From Bifidobacterium longum subsp. longum JCM 1217 (lineage in GTDB: Bacteria; Actinomycetota; Actinomycetes; Actinomycetales; Bifidobacteriaceae): a stretch of DNA of 32,000 nt. The stretch is from positions 1,290,001-1,322,000 of the forward strand of contig NC_015067.1 of NCBI RefSeq assembly GCF_000196555.1, written 5' to 3'. The notes under the pieces are model-generated. The model had not been told where the DNA came from and made no database searches. It saw only the letters and a program-made list of their open reading frames with translations. Position numbers and translations under genes: made by a program. The first letter of the stretch is position 1, and each line of letters opens with the position of its first letter. Below are positions 9,349 through 19,617 of the stretch, piece by piece.

Positions 9349-10545
9349 CTAAATCGGCAAATCCTGATTTTCAATGGACTCCACGGGGATGCCAAGCTTG
9401 CGTAATTCGTCAACTGCATCACGCATGGGAATGCGTTCCTGTTCGATGCGCCGATAAGCGATGGTTTTGTCAGCACACAGTCGTTCATAAAGACGTCGCT
9501 CCGCCGATTGAAGGCCGGGCGTCGGCTTAGGCTCCCGCATAGCAATCTTCGCGCTGCGTTCAGTACGATCGGTACCAAATCTGTGGTACCGATCGTATGC
9601 ATCGCAATCCATCAGGATGGAGTCGCATTCGATACCTGATTCACGTAATGTCGAAAGTATTTCCAGTCCATCCGCATCCATATCACCCCAATACACGATA
9701 CGCATGTCACGCAGTGCAGGAACCGCAGGTACAGCATCGCTTACAGCGCGACCAGAACCCCATATGCAGATGCCCTGCGCAATCGGCGGCATAGTCTGAT
9801 ACGTGTCTTTGTTCTCAACGATGACAGCATATTTAATGCCGGATAACGCTTCGCCTTCCCACGGACACCATATGATGCGTTCGAGCTCAGCATCGTCGCG
9901 GACCGGATCGAGATAACGGAACCGCAGTTCGGTCGGCCGTTTTGACAGACCCAACGTTTCGACACCGAGCAGTCGGCAAATGGCCTTACGACGATTGGTT
10001 TTTGACTCATTCAGCCATTTGCCGCTGAATCCTGTCAGTGGAATCTGTCGCGGCGTCATACCGGTCACGTCATGATGCCTGAAATATCGAACTGCGCTGA
10101 CAAGCAGATCGAAGTCGTCAGGCTGTTCATGGCCTGTCATGCGAGCGGCCGATTCGATTGTTTCCGGAGCAACGTCACAAGCAGCAACCAGACATGCTAT
10201 GCGGCGGCGCGCTTCGCGACATTCCGCCGCCAGCGTACGACCAACCACACGCATGGCTATTGATTCGTCAGGAACGACGACTTTGGAGATCAGCTCGACA
10301 GAGGTGCCTATGGTGCGATGCTTGGTTATGATTTCGCAACCATTCTTGCTTGCCCATTGCCGTATCTCATTGTTGTTGTCATGCACCGCAATCGCATTGG
10401 TTTCCAAAAATGCTTGGTCCGGCAATCCCACCGGCACGGGAAATGGCCATGCCGGTTCGATGTCGTACATATGTGAACGCATATGTTTCTTCACGCATGT
10501 GGTGATCGCAGCGATGTCTTTCATGCCGGCCATAGTTCCCATCAC
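9349..10545 (-). CDS. jetD: Wadjet nuclease subunit JetD (MksG-like; DUF3322 N-terminal plus DUF2220/Toprim C-terminal)
   Basis: 398-aa ORF. Toprim-type acidic motifs YAVIVENKDTY and IVYWGDMDADGLEILSTLR are characteristic of JetD/topo-VI-A-like Toprim domains. It sits directly after jetC. The start is ambiguous (GTG 10545; ATG 10542, 10533, 10524). Confidence 0.85.
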   Translation of the reverse strand: MMGTMAGMKDIAAITTCVKKHMRSHMYDIEPAWPFPVPVGLPDQAFLETNAIAVHDNNNEIRQWASKNGCEIITKHRTIGTSVELISKVVVPDESIAMRVVGRTLAAECREARRRIACLVAACDVAPETIESAARMTGHEQPDDFDLLVSAVRYFRHHDVTGMTPRQIPLTGFSGKWLNESKTNRRKAICRLLGVETLGLSKRPTELRFRYLDPVRDDAELERIIWCPWEGEALSGIKYAVIVENKDTYQTMPPIAQGICIWGSGRAVSDAVPAVPALRDMRIVYWGDMDADGLEILSTLRESGIECDSILMDCDAYDRYHRFGTDRTERSAKIAMREPKPTPGLQSAERRLYERLCADKTIAYRRIEQERIPMRDAVDELRKLGIPVESIENQDLPI

Positions 10546-10606
10546 CTGCTTTCGAACATCGTCGAGTCGAACCGAATCGTCTTAATACCGGCGACGCCAG
10601 GACTGC

Positions 10607-13600
10607 TCATTCGGCAACCCCGTCATCCTTCAATATATCCGACGATGATTCATCGTCCATGTCATTCTGATGCAGCACGGCCTCGCGCAGGGAGGTGAGG
10701 CCGGTGTCGGGGTCCTTGTAGGTCACGTAGGCCTTGGTGGAGACCTCGAGGATTTCGCCGGTCTTGCTTTCCGGGGCGGAGACGATGACCTGGAATCCGA
10801 GGCGCGGCAGCACCGTGAGGGCGCGCTGCGTGTAACGGCCGTCGGCCTTGATGAGCGCCTCGTCGAGGAACAGCGTGGTGTACGAGGGCTCGCTGGTCAG
10901 GCCGCCGCCGAGCAGGTAGATGAGCGCCGCGCCGTATACGAATGAGGTAAGCTCCTGCAAGGCGCCGCCCGAACGGCCGCCGGTGGAGGTGATGCGTTCA
11001 TCCGGGCCGTCGGCATGATGCACGATGGCGTAGAAGGACGAGCGGCAACGCGGGTCGAGGTTGCGGGCGCCGTAGCTTTTCACGCCGTTCGCGTCCTTGA
11101 CCTGCGCGAGTTCGGCGCGCAGCAGCCCGACCATCGGCGCGCAGGCCGCGAAAGCCTTGCGCGAGGCGTCGGAATCGTTGACGTCGGCGGATTTCCAATC
11201 GTTCAGGGTGCCGATGACGCGGATGAACTGCGCCCAGAAGGTGCGCTCGGGACGGCGCACGTCCGCGTGCAGGGACAGGCTGCCGTGCTTGGGACCGAAC
11301 TGCTGGCCTTTGAGCATGGCGTTGATGCGGTCAAGCTGGTCGTGGATGTCGCTGGCATCCGTGTCGATGGCGCGTTTGATGGTCAGGAAGCTCCTGAGCA
11401 GCTGTTCGAGGCAGCGCCGGTATTCGGCGTCGGTGGCGGCAACCGCGGCCAGCTGGGTGAGGCTGGCGAGTTCGTCGAGATAGTACCGGTAGTCCTCCAC
11501 GCTGGCGGTCAGCGAATCATCGTCGGCCGCGTAGAGCGCGATGTAGGTGCTCATTTTCGATTCGACGCCGGTGCGTGCGGCATCGGCCTGGCCGTTCAGC
11601 AGGTTGATGCGGGAGGCCATGTCCTTGCCGATGCCGGCGATGGTGCGTTCGGGGAAGCTCTCCCCCGGAGCCTGCGTTCCTGCCGCGCCCGCGCCGATGA
11701 TCATGTGCGCGCGCATGGCGGCGTCCGCCAGTCCGGCGAATCGGTTGTCGTAGGATTCGGCGAGCGCCGCCGTGACTTCGTCCGGCAGCGGGCCGGACGC
11801 GGCGTCATCGTCATTGTCGGCGGTGGCACCGGCGGCGTCCGTCGTGCCGGTGTCGGCATGGTCGCGCAGCCAGATGAGCGCCGCTTCGACGGCGCTGCCG
11901 GCGCGGGCCGCGGCCTGGTCGGATTCGATGCGCTGGCGTTCCACACGGTCGAGTTCGGCGTTCAGTTCGTCGCGCTGTTTGGCGAGTTCGGCGAGCTTGG
12001 GATCGTTTTTGATGGATGCGATGGCGTCCTGCGTGTCCGTGATGGTCCGTTGCGCGCCGGCGATGTCGATGCGCTCCCAGGACGTGTAGGCGAGCTGGTT
12101 GGCCAGTTCGAGTTCGCGGTGGAGGTTATCGGACTGTGTTTTGGCGGCCGTGTAGTCGGTGTCGGCTTGGCTGAGCGCGTTGCGGGCGGCGTCGACCTGC
12201 GCTGCGAGCGCGTTGAGGTAGGTTTCGTTGACGAATCCGATGACCTGGGCGCGGTCTTTGGTGCCGTGCTGGCCGCGTGCGCCGGATTTGATCTGACCGT
12301 CGGCCTGCACCTGACGGTTGGTGCGGTCGGTGTCGTCGATGGCGGTGACGCATAGGGCGTCGAATCGTTCGTCCTGGGTCTGCGAGCGCAGCCAGTCGGC
12401 GAAGGGCGAGTCGTCGCGGTAGCGCAGTTTGCCGGACAGCCAGTCGCCGTCCTGTTCTCCGGTGAGTATGTTCGCGTGCGCGCCGGTGTCGTCGTAGTGG
12501 CGTGCGGTGTCCACGAACTGCCAGGTGCGTCGGGGCATGGTGCGCGGGTCGATGGTGCTGACTTTGGCGGCGAAGCCCTGTTCGTGGCGCTTGTCGACGA
12601 GGATGGTCTGGGCGATGGGCGCGTAGGCGACGTTCATGGCGAGACGCCAGTCTTCCTCGTGTTCGTTCACGTCCATGAGTTCGGCCACGTACGGCAGTTC
12701 GGCGGGGGTGAGTCCGGTGGCGCGACAGAGCATGGCGCGGGTTTCGTCCATCTGCTGGGAGATGCGGGTGCGCTGGGAGCGTTGCCGGTCGAAGTCGCGT
12801 TGCAGTCGTTCGAGGTCGCCGCGTGCGCCGGCCCGCGCGTTGATGGCGGCGGTGAGGGCTTCCTCGCATTCGCCGTCTCGTTTGTTGTATTCGCGTTTGA
12901 AGTTCACGGCGTTGATGCGGCGTTCGTTCCAGGCCTGTTCGTCGCCGGGCAGCGTCTCGCCGATGGATGCGAACGTTTGTTCGATTCGTGTTCGGTTGGC
13001 TTGCACGTCTTCGAGGGTGCGGCGGGCCTGGTCGAGTTCGAGTTCGAGTCGGGTCAGGTCGCCGCCGTCCAGACCCTGCATCTGGCCTCGGATCATGTCG
13101 AGACGGGTGCGCAGGTCTTCGGTTCGGCGGCGCAGCAGCTTGGCTTCCGCCTCGCTGTTCTGTTGTTCGGCGCGATCGGCGGGCAGTTGGACGGCGACTT
13201 CGCCGCGCATGCGGGCCAATGCCCAGTCGCGCAGCACGGCCGGCACCGTGCCGTCGACGGCCGGCTTGACCGGTTCGAAGGCGCGGGCCTTGCCGCGTGC
13301 GGCGGCGTATTCGCCGTAGGCCTGTTGGATGCCGCGCAGCGTGTCCATGCGGCGGGTCTTCTCGTCCATGGCGTGGAAGTTCTCGTCGTAACGTTCGTAG
13401 TCCTCGACCGTGGTGCGGGCCAGGTCCAGGGCTTCGGGCACGCCGAGCACGCCTTGTTTGAAGATGTCGTCGAGCCGGGAGGGCGCGTCGGCGGACTGGA
13501 TCTTGTGCAGCAGTCGGCAGGCGGCCTCGCTCAGGCCCATTGCGCTCCAGATGTGTGTGTGGAACGCTTCGGCGCTGGGGAATGTGAGGCAGTCGGGGTA

Positions 13601-14155
13601 GGTGGCTTTGAGCTGGGCCGGCGTGAACGGGGCGTCACGGTATTGGTCCATGCGCCTGGGGTCCACGGGCTTGCCCCAGACCACGTACTGTCGGCGCACG
13701 TCGCCGCGGCCGTCGCCGGGCATCAGGTAGAGGAATTTGGCGCAGGAGAGCACCTGGCCGGTGGTCTGGTTGCGATAGGTGTCCACGATGGCGCCCCACA
13801 CGGGTTGCGGTGCGCCGTTCTCGTCGCGGCCGCGCAGGTAGAGCGGCTCGTCGCCGGTTTCGGTGCTGCCCACGCCGACCATGCCGCGCAGGTAGGTGTA
13901 GTCGCTGCGTTCGGAGCGGCCGGAGTTCGAGGCCTTGTTGAACGGCGTGCCGGTTGGGTACAGCAGGGAGATCTGCGCGTCGACCAGCGTGGATTTGCCG
14001 GATTCGCTGGCGCCGGCGAGCAGGGTCACCGGCAGCTTGTGGTCCGTGGAGGGGCGGAATTCGTGGTAGCCCTCATAGGAGCCCCAGTTGATGAGTCGGC
14101 GGGATTCCAGCATCCACCGGTCCGCGATCATCTGCACGTCTGTCGCCTGCATCAT
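10607..14155 (-). CDS. jetC: Wadjet SMC/MukB-like ATPase JetC (MksB-like)
   Basis: 1182 aa. N-terminal head [12 protein letters not shown]...[21 protein letters not shown] (Walker A). Long Q/E/R/A-rich coiled-coil middle. C-terminal head with [13 protein letters not shown] (Walker B). ATGA overlap with the jetB stop. Confidence 0.9.
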   Translation of the reverse strand: MMQATDVQMIADRWMLESRRLINWGSYEGYHEFRPSTDHKLPVTLLAGASESGKSTLVDAQISLLYPTGTPFNKASNSGRSERSDYTYLRGMVGVGSTETGDEPLYLRGRDENGAPQPVWGAIVDTYRNQTTGQVLSCAKFLYLMPGDGRGDVRRQYVVWGKPVDPRRMDQYRDAPFTPAQLKATYPDCLTFPSAEAFHTHIWSAMGLSEAACRLLHKIQSADAPSRLDDIFKQGVLGVPEALDLARTTVEDYERYDENFHAMDEKTRRMDTLRGIQQAYGEYAAARGKARAFEPVKPAVDGTVPAVLRDWALARMRGEVAVQLPADRAEQQNSEAEAKLLRRRTEDLRTRLDMIRGQMQGLDGGDLTRLELELDQARRTLEDVQANRTRIEQTFASIGETLPGDEQAWNERRINAVNFKREYNKRDGECEEALTAAINARAGARGDLERLQRDFDRQRSQRTRISQQMDETRAMLCRATGLTPAELPYVAELMDVNEHEEDWRLAMNVAYAPIAQTILVDKRHEQGFAAKVSTIDPRTMPRRTWQFVDTARHYDDTGAHANILTGEQDGDWLSGKLRYRDDSPFADWLRSQTQDERFDALCVTAIDDTDRTNRQVQADGQIKSGARGQHGTKDRAQVIGFVNETYLNALAAQVDAARNALSQADTDYTAAKTQSDNLHRELELANQLAYTSWERIDIAGAQRTITDTQDAIASIKNDPKLAELAKQRDELNAELDRVERQRIESDQAAARAGSAVEAALIWLRDHADTGTTDAAGATADNDDDAASGPLPDEVTAALAESYDNRFAGLADAAMRAHMIIGAGAAGTQAPGESFPERTIAGIGKDMASRINLLNGQADAARTGVESKMSTYIALYAADDDSLTASVEDYRYYLDELASLTQLAAVAATDAEYRRCLEQLLRSFLTIKRAIDTDASDIHDQLDRINAMLKGQQFGPKHGSLSLHADVRRPERTFWAQFIRVIGTLNDWKSADVNDSDASRKAFAACAPMVGLLRAELAQVKDANGVKSYGARNLDPRCRSSFYAIVHHADGPDERITSTGGRSGGALQELTSFVYGAALIYLLGGGLTSEPSYTTLFLDEALIKADGRYTQRALTVLPRLGFQVIVSAPESKTGEILEVSTKAYVTYKDPDTGLTSLREAVLHQNDMDDESSSDILKDDGVAE

Positions 14156-14826
14156 TCGGCTCCCTTCTCGTCGTCATCGTCATCTTCCGTGTCGCCGTCG
14201 CCGTGTTCCGCGACGTCGAGCCAGGTGTCGGCCAGTTCGCGGTCGAGCACCACGGGCACGAGCGGCGTGATCTGGTACATGGCTTCGTCGTCCAGGCGCA
14301 CCAAATACCCGTAGGTGATCATCGCGGAGACGATGGCGCCGATCTGCTTTGCCACGCCTTCCTCGTCGTTGCGGGCGGCCAGATAGCCGGCGCCGGTGGC
14401 GAGCGCGGCGCGGATCTCCTCAAAGCTGACGAGCCAGTCGGCGGGGTCGGCGTGCACGTTCTCGTATTCGAGGACGCGGATGCGCAGGAAGGCGAGCAGC
14501 GCGGCCTCCTCGCGTTTGAGGCTGACACGGGTTTTGAGCGAGCGCAGGGTCACGTCGTCGCCGGCCACGGGCGTGGCGTACATGATGCGGTAGCGTTCGT
14601 TGATCACCAAGTCGAGCAGGTCGTTGTTCAGGGAGCGTACGACGGCGTCGCGGTTGTCGAGCACGGTGTCGTAGGTGGGCCCGCTGATATAGCGGTCACG
14701 TTTGAGGGCGATGGCGGCCATGCGTGCCTCGGCCGGCATGTCGCCGGTGTCGCCTTCGAACAGGGCGTACGGGTTGGCGTTGTCCATATGCTCCTCGTGT
14801 TCCTCGTGTTCCTCGGCCACGGTCAT
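14152..14826 (-). CDS. jetB: Wadjet kleisin-associated subunit JetB (MukE/MksE-like, DUF4194)
   Basis: 224-aa acidic protein. Its size, position between jetA and jetC and its acidic N- and C-termini fit DUF4194. 4-nt ATGA overlaps at both ends. Confidence 0.8.
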   Translation of the reverse strand: MTVAEEHEEHEEHMDNANPYALFEGDTGDMPAEARMAAIALKRDRYISGPTYDTVLDNRDAVVRSLNNDLLDLVINERYRIMYATPVAGDDVTLRSLKTRVSLKREEAALLAFLRIRVLEYENVHADPADWLVSFEEIRAALATGAGYLAARNDEEGVAKQIGAIVSAMITYGYLVRLDDEAMYQITPLVPVVLDRELADTWLDVAEHGDGDTEDDDDDEKGAE

Positions 14827-16454
14827 CCTTCCTCCACAATGATGCTCAGCTCGTCCATGTCGGCCAGCACCGGTCTAGTGATCCAGTTCCGGGGCTCGCC
14901 GTCGATCGATACGCAATGCCAGGTCGCGGTATCGCCGCGCTGCGCCGGGGCCGGCTCGGTGGCGATGTCGCTGTCGACCCCGACGCCGACGCCGTCAGTG
15001 GACGGCTCGTCGGCGATGGCGTTGCCGCTTACGGCTCCCAGCCCGCCCAGGAAGCCGACGATCTCGCTTTCGCGGCGTTCGCTTTCGGGCAGCCGGTTGA
15101 AGCTGGCGGCGATGTCCACGAGGGTTGCGCCGGGCCTGTCATCGGACCTGTCAACGGTCACCGGGTTGCGCCGGATGAGGCTGACCATGCGCAGGAGTCG
15201 GGGGCCGCCGCTGTTGACCATGTCCCGCAGATCGGCCACCGGAGTCGACTGCGGGGCTTCGGCGGCGAGGTCGCTCAGGCCGGGTGCGGTGGCGCGGGTC
15301 ATGGATTTGGCCGGGCGCATCGGCAATGGCGCGAACAGCGCGTCCGAGGTGGCCGTGTCGTACGGGCGCGAGGCGTCTCCCATATGGGTTTTCGCATCCG
15401 CGTTGAGGCGCGCGTACAGTCGGTTCAAGCGGGTGAGCATCGTGCGGTAGCGAGTGTCGGTTTGCTGGCGCACGAGCCGGCTGATCGCCTCGTCGGAGAC
15501 GCGCATCTGGCGGCGCACGGCTTCGATGCCGTCGTAGATGCGGGCCAGTTCGTCGCGTATCTGGCCGAGCAGCACGCCGGATTCGCCGGCCAGATACGGG
15601 GTTTTGGCGATGGCGCGCAGGGCTTCGTCGATTTGCTGGCGGCCCTCGTCGGTGATGATCACCTGGAAGGCGTCCTCGAAGCGGCGGCCGCTGTCTGATT
15701 CGCTGAACGAGCGGCGGTATTCATCGTGGTAGCGGGTCAGGTTCTCGTCCACGCTGATGTCGCCGGCCTGCATGCGCCGGCGCAAGGCGTCGCCGTTGTC
15801 CCGCTCGTCGAGCACGAGTTCGCGCAGGTCGATGGGCACGCCGCGCAGCGTGTTGTGGATCACGGCGATCACGTCCTCCACCTGGGCTTCGCTCAGCGTG
15901 GCATGCTGCTTGCCCTGTTGGATGCGTTTGATCTCGTGCTTGCGTTCCTTGATTTCACGGTTGAGGAGTTTGATGCGCTCGCCGGGGTCGGCGGTCAGCT
16001 GCATGCGCGCGTGCTCGATTTCCATGATGATGCTGTTGGCCTGCGCGCCGGACAGGGCGCGTGATTCGTCTTCGAGCCTGCTCAGCGCCTCGATGGCGCG
16101 GTGGGCGCGGGCCGTCAAACGGTAGAGGAATCGGTGTGAGGCCGCATCATGCGAGTTGGCGAGCCAGGCGTAGTCGCCTTCGCCTTCACGGGTCAGGTCG
16201 GCGAGGATCTGATGAGCGGCCTCGGCGAAGGTCTGGTCCTCGCGCGGCGCATATTCGCCGGCGTCGGCCAGAGCGTTCAGACTTTGCGCGAACCGCTCCT
16301 CCACGGTCTCGCGCGGCAGCTCGCCGGTGAGCGGGTCGAACGTGGAACGCAGCAGCGACACGTACAGCATCGCGTTCTGGCGCAACAGCAACCGCAGGAC
16401 GCCCGTCTCATACACCGGTCGCAGCCGTTCCAGCTCCCGCATCACATCGGCCAC
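14823..16454 (-). CDS. jetA: Wadjet kleisin-like subunit JetA (MukF/MksF-like, DUF3375)
   Basis: 543 aa from GTG 16454, with AGGGAGG 6 nt upstream; ATG 16442 is an alternative. N-terminus ...[35 protein letters not shown] resembles DUF3375 starts. The tracked ORF extension to 16961 is antisense to the ECF S-component gene and was rejected. Confidence 0.82.
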   Translation of the reverse strand: MADVMRELERLRPVYETGVLRLLLRQNAMLYVSLLRSTFDPLTGELPRETVEERFAQSLNALADAGEYAPREDQTFAEAAHQILADLTREGEGDYAWLANSHDAASHRFLYRLTARAHRAIEALSRLEDESRALSGAQANSIIMEIEHARMQLTADPGERIKLLNREIKERKHEIKRIQQGKQHATLSEAQVEDVIAVIHNTLRGVPIDLRELVLDERDNGDALRRRMQAGDISVDENLTRYHDEYRRSFSESDSGRRFEDAFQVIITDEGRQQIDEALRAIAKTPYLAGESGVLLGQIRDELARIYDGIEAVRRQMRVSDEAISRLVRQQTDTRYRTMLTRLNRLYARLNADAKTHMGDASRPYDTATSDALFAPLPMRPAKSMTRATAPGLSDLAAEAPQSTPVADLRDMVNSGGPRLLRMVSLIRRNPVTVDRSDDRPGATLVDIAASFNRLPESERRESEIVGFLGGLGAVSGNAIADEPSTDGVGVGVDSDIATEPAPAQRGDTATWHCVSIDGEPRNWITRPVLADMDELSIIVEEG

Positions 16455-16655
16455 AGCATGCCTCCCTCTGTCGTGACCGCACCATACTAGCCGATAGCCG
16501 CGAACCACACCCCGCCCGCGCCACGCCCTTCGCCCCCCCCACAGGGAGGGGCGCCAAGCCATGCTAAAAATCACAGACAGGCTATTGCCTTTGCGGGAAA
16601 TCATCGTTAGATTGGCGAGAGGAATATTGTCAATGCATACGAAACGGAAAACATC

Positions 16656-17303
16656 GTGACCGCACCGAACACGCCCGCCGAAACCTCTGACCAGCTCAAC
16701 AAGCCCGCCAAATCCGGCAAACTGGAGGTCTCCGACCTCATCACCATCGGCGTGTTTGCGGCCCTGTACTTCGTGATGGTGTGCATCGCCACACTGGTGA
16801 GCACCCTGTTCACCGGCGGCTTCGGCTCCATCTTCCTGCCCGCCATCACGGCCCTCATCTCCGGCTGCGTGTACATGCTGCTGGCCGCACGCCTCGGCAA
16901 ATTCGGCGGCATCACCGTCATGGGCGTGATCATCGGACTGTTCCTGTTCATCTCCGGGCATTTCGTGCTTTCGTTCATCGCCAGCATCGTGTTCCCGGTG
17001 GCGGCCGACCTCATCGCGCGCGCCGGCAAGTATAAGAGCAAGGCGCTACTGCTCGTCAGCTACGTGGTGTTCTCCTACGGCCTGACCGGCCCGATCCTGC
17101 CCCTATGGTTCATGAAGGACGCCTACGTGGCGAGCCTGCAGGCGCGCGGCAAGGACGCAGCCTACATCGACGGCGTATTCGCCAACATCAACACCGGCAC
17201 GTTCTTCATCTCGATGATCGCGATTCTGGTGTGCGCGGTTCTCGGCGGCTGGTTCGGCCAGCGCATGATGAAGAAGCACTTCATCAAGGCCGGTATCGCC
17301 TGA
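16656..17303 (+). CDS. ECF transporter substrate-specific (S) component, MptD/Trep_Strep-like family
   Basis: 215-aa polytopic membrane protein (about 6 hydrophobic segments) with a GTG start. It is directly followed by EcfT and a fused EcfA-A' gene through TGATG overlaps. Confidence 0.7.
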   Translation: MTAPNTPAETSDQLNKPAKSGKLEVSDLITIGVFAALYFVMVCIATLVSTLFTGGFGSIFLPAITALISGCVYMLLAARLGKFGGITVMGVIIGLFLFISGHFVLSFIASIVFPVAADLIARAGKYKSKALLLVSYVVFSYGLTGPILPLWFMKDAYVASLQARGKDAAYIDGVFANINTGTFFISMIAILVCAVLGGWFGQRMMKKHFIKAGIA

Positions 17304-18004
17304 TGAATCCTGCCCGCCGGACGCTCGATCCGCGCGCGAAACTCTACCTTCTGCTGGTGGCGAACCTCATGCTGTTCTTCCACGTAGGGCTCGCCACGCA
17401 AATCGTCATGGTCGTGCTGTTCCTGCTACCCCTGCTGGCGGCCGCCCGATGGCGAACCGCGTTGAACTTCGGCGTGACCTATGCCGTACTCACCGCGCTG
17501 GGAATGCTCGACCCCGATGCCCTGGGACTGCCGTGGCTGCATGTGGTCTCCGCGCTGGCCGTGGGCGTCACGATGATGCTGCCCTGTTTCATCACCGGCG
17601 CGTATACGTTCACCACCACGTCCGCGAGCGCGTTCATCTGCGCGATGCGGCGTATGCGCGTGCCTGAGGCCGTGGTGATTCCCTGTGTGGTGGTCATCCG
17701 CTTCTTCCCGACCATCGCCGAGGATTACCGGCAGATTCGCAATGCGATGGCGTTGCGCGGCATCGCCTCCGGCGGCTGGGGGCTGGTTCGTCACCCGGCC
17801 CAATCGTTGGAATACATTCTGATTCCGCTGCTGATGAACGCCACCAATGTGGCACAGGACCTGTCGGTGGCGGCACTGACCAAGGGGCTCGGGCGTGAGG
17901 GCGAGCACACCTCGCGCACGCTGATCCGTATGACCGTGGTCGACTGGCTGGTCATGATTGTGGTCACTTTGCCGCTCGCGCTCGATATCGCGGGGGTGAT
18001 CTGA
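17303..18004 (+). CDS. ecfT: ECF transporter transmembrane (T) component, EcfT/CbiQ family
   Basis: 233 aa from the ATG at 17303, which overlaps the S-component stop. Multi-TM protein with an A..LRG-type coupling motif (NAMALRGIASGG). The tracked ORF start at 17105 lies inside the upstream gene. Confidence 0.75.
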   Translation: MNPARRTLDPRAKLYLLLVANLMLFFHVGLATQIVMVVLFLLPLLAAARWRTALNFGVTYAVLTALGMLDPDALGLPWLHVVSALAVGVTMMLPCFITGAYTFTTTSASAFICAMRRMRVPEAVVIPCVVVIRFFPTIAEDYRQIRNAMALRGIASGGWGLVRHPAQSLEYILIPLLMNATNVAQDLSVAALTKGLGREGEHTSRTLIRMTVVDWLVMIVVTLPLALDIAGVI

Positions 18005-19617
18005 TGGGTGGAAACCAATCGCAGCCGAATGCAACTGCCATTATTGGGACCGGCAAGGGTGGCCCACTCGACACGTCTGCGGGAACCATCGCCTCCCGTG
18101 GCATCTCCTTTACCTATGACCATGCCGCAGAGCCGGCATTGCGCGACATCACGTTGACCGTGCCCGCAGGCGAGTGCATCGTGCTGTGCGGGGCGAGCGG
18201 CTGCGGCAAAACCAGCTATACGCGCGTTGCCAACGGGCTCATCCCCTCATTCTTCCATGGTGCGTTCGCCGGCAACCAGACCACGTGCGGGCTGGATGTG
18301 GAGACCGTGCCGATCGACCGGCTCACCCCGCTGGTCGGCAGCGTGTTCCAAAACCCGAAAACCCAGTATTTCAACGCGAACGTCACCGACGAGCTCGCCT
18401 TCCCGGCCGAAAACATAGGGCTGCCGGCCGAGGACATCAATCGTCGTATCACGGCCGTGGCTGAGCGCTTTGGCATTGGGCATCTGCTGCATCGCAGCAT
18501 CTTCCACCTGTCAGGCGGCCAAAAGCAGCGCATCGCCGTGGCGGCGGCCACCATGCTGGGGCCCAGGCTCGTGGTATTGGATGAGCCGACCAGCAATCTC
18601 GACGCGAACGCCATCGCGGACATGCGCGCCATGATCGAGCAGATGAAGGACGAAGGGCTCACCATCGTAATCGCCGAACACCGACTCGCATGGCTCAACG
18701 GCGTGGCCGACCGGTACGTGGTATTCGACGGCGGGCATATCGTGCAGGATTACGAGGCCGATGAATTCCTGTCCCTCTCCCCCGGCTGCGTGGCCGCCAT
18801 GGGATTGCGGGCGTTGGACCTGCAACCGTATCGGCGCCGGATTGCGGCGCTGGCTTCAAGCCCAGCCGCGGATGAGTGCACTTCAGTATTGCTCGGCACC
18901 CATAACCTCACCATCGGATACAAAGGCAAGGACGGCTTCACCCGCGCCATCCCGGACCTGCGGTTCCGTGCCGGCGAAATCACCGGGCTCATGGGCAACA
19001 ACGGCTGCGGCAAGACCACGCTCGTGCGCACGTTGACCGGACTCATCAAGCCTGTTTCGGGCCGCATCGAGCTCAACGGCGTGCCCGCAAAACCGCGCGA
19101 CCTGACCCGCGCCGGATTCCTGATCATGCAAGATGTCAACTACCAACTGTTCTCCGACAGCGTGCGCGAGGAACTGCTCATCGGACTCGACGAGACGGAT
19201 GCCGGCATCACCGCTCAAGCCAATCAGGTCATGGCCGATCTTGACCTTGCAGCGTTCGCCGAACGGCATCCGATGAGCCTGTCCGGCGGGCAGAAGCAGC
19301 GGGTTGCCATCGGCTCGGCATTGATGTGCGGCAAGGACCTCATCATCCTTGACGAGCCCACCAGCGGACTCGACCGCTACCACATGGAGCAGGTCGGCGA
19401 ACTGCTGCGGCAACTGGCGAGCCAAGGCAAGGCGATTCTCGTGGTCACCCACGATGAGGAGCTCGCCGCCGGCTGGTGCGACCGCATTGTCAATCTTGGC
19501 GCCGACGATTCCGGGAACAACGGCTCGCATGCCAGTAACCCAGATGCCAGCAGCCCCAACCCTAATGCCTCTACCAATTTCGCCACCGCATCCACCCATG
19601 AAAGGAACGCGCAATGA
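18004..19617 (+). CDS. Fused tandem ABC ATPase of the ECF transporter (EcfA-EcfA')
   Basis: 537 aa with two Walker A motifs (GASGCGKTS, GNNGCGKTT), two LSGGQKQR signatures and two Walker B motifs (LVVLDEPTS, LIILDEPTS). Confidence 0.9.
   Translation: MGGNQSQPNATAIIGTGKGGPLDTSAGTIASRGISFTYDHAAEPALRDITLTVPAGECIVLCGASGCGKTSYTRVANGLIPSFFHGAFAGNQTTCGLDVETVPIDRLTPLVGSVFQNPKTQYFNANVTDELAFPAENIGLPAEDINRRITAVAERFGIGHLLHRSIFHLSGGQKQRIAVAAATMLGPRLVVLDEPTSNLDANAIADMRAMIEQMKDEGLTIVIAEHRLAWLNGVADRYVVFDGGHIVQDYEADEFLSLSPGCVAAMGLRALDLQPYRRRIAALASSPAADECTSVLLGTHNLTIGYKGKDGFTRAIPDLRFRAGEITGLMGNNGCGKTTLVRTLTGLIKPVSGRIELNGVPAKPRDLTRAGFLIMQDVNYQLFSDSVREELLIGLDETDAGITAQANQVMADLDLAAFAERHPMSLSGGQKQRVAIGSALMCGKDLIILDEPTSGLDRYHMEQVGELLRQLASQGKAILVVTHDEELAAGWCDRIVNLGADDSGNNGSHASNPDASSPNPNASTNFATASTHERNAQ

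Larger units (their letters stand above)
8616..16454 (-). other. Accessory defence block: Wadjet jetA-jetB-jetC-jetD plus one trailing orphan gene, flanked by core uvrA and an ECF transporter operon
   Basis: Five co-oriented genes with defence-type domain content lie between conserved housekeeping genes. There is a strong internal composition shift at about 10.6 kb. Confidence 0.8.

Noticed and set aside
9273-9602. 109-aa minus-strand ORF overlapping the jetD 3' end and extending into the jetD-orphan spacer.
   Set aside because: It is out of frame with jetD over most of its length, has no RBS and matches no recognisable family. The conserved JetD C-terminus occupies the same DNA.
10552-10572. 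Two TCGAAC hexamers in the jetC-jetD spacer that at first looked like an SOS box.
   Set aside because: They are direct repeats (TCGAAC-N9-TCGAAC), not the inverted TCGAAC-N4-GTTCGA arrangement that LexA needs. The second half-site is absent.
14794-14811. 9-bp tandem repeat (ctcgtgttc x2, plus a partial copy) encoding the EEHEEHEEH stretch at the jetB N-terminus.
   Set aside because: Only two full copies, in frame, in an acidic low-complexity tail. There is no evidence that it is more than a local codon repeat.
16595-16609. Zur-box-like sequence gggaaatcatcgtta, 47 nt upstream of the ECF S-component start.
   Set aside because: It matches only about 10 of 15 positions of the TGAAAAT-N-ATTTTCA type palindrome as I remember it, and the right half is degenerate. 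That is too weak to call without a proper motif model.
16455-16961. N-terminal 169-codon extension of the jetA ORF (tracked ORF 14823-16961).
   Set aside because: The extension is antisense to the ECF S-component gene and crosses the promoter region. Its sequence (H/D/G/A-rich) is not DUF3375-like. A good RBS (AGGGAGG) precedes the internal GTG at 16454.
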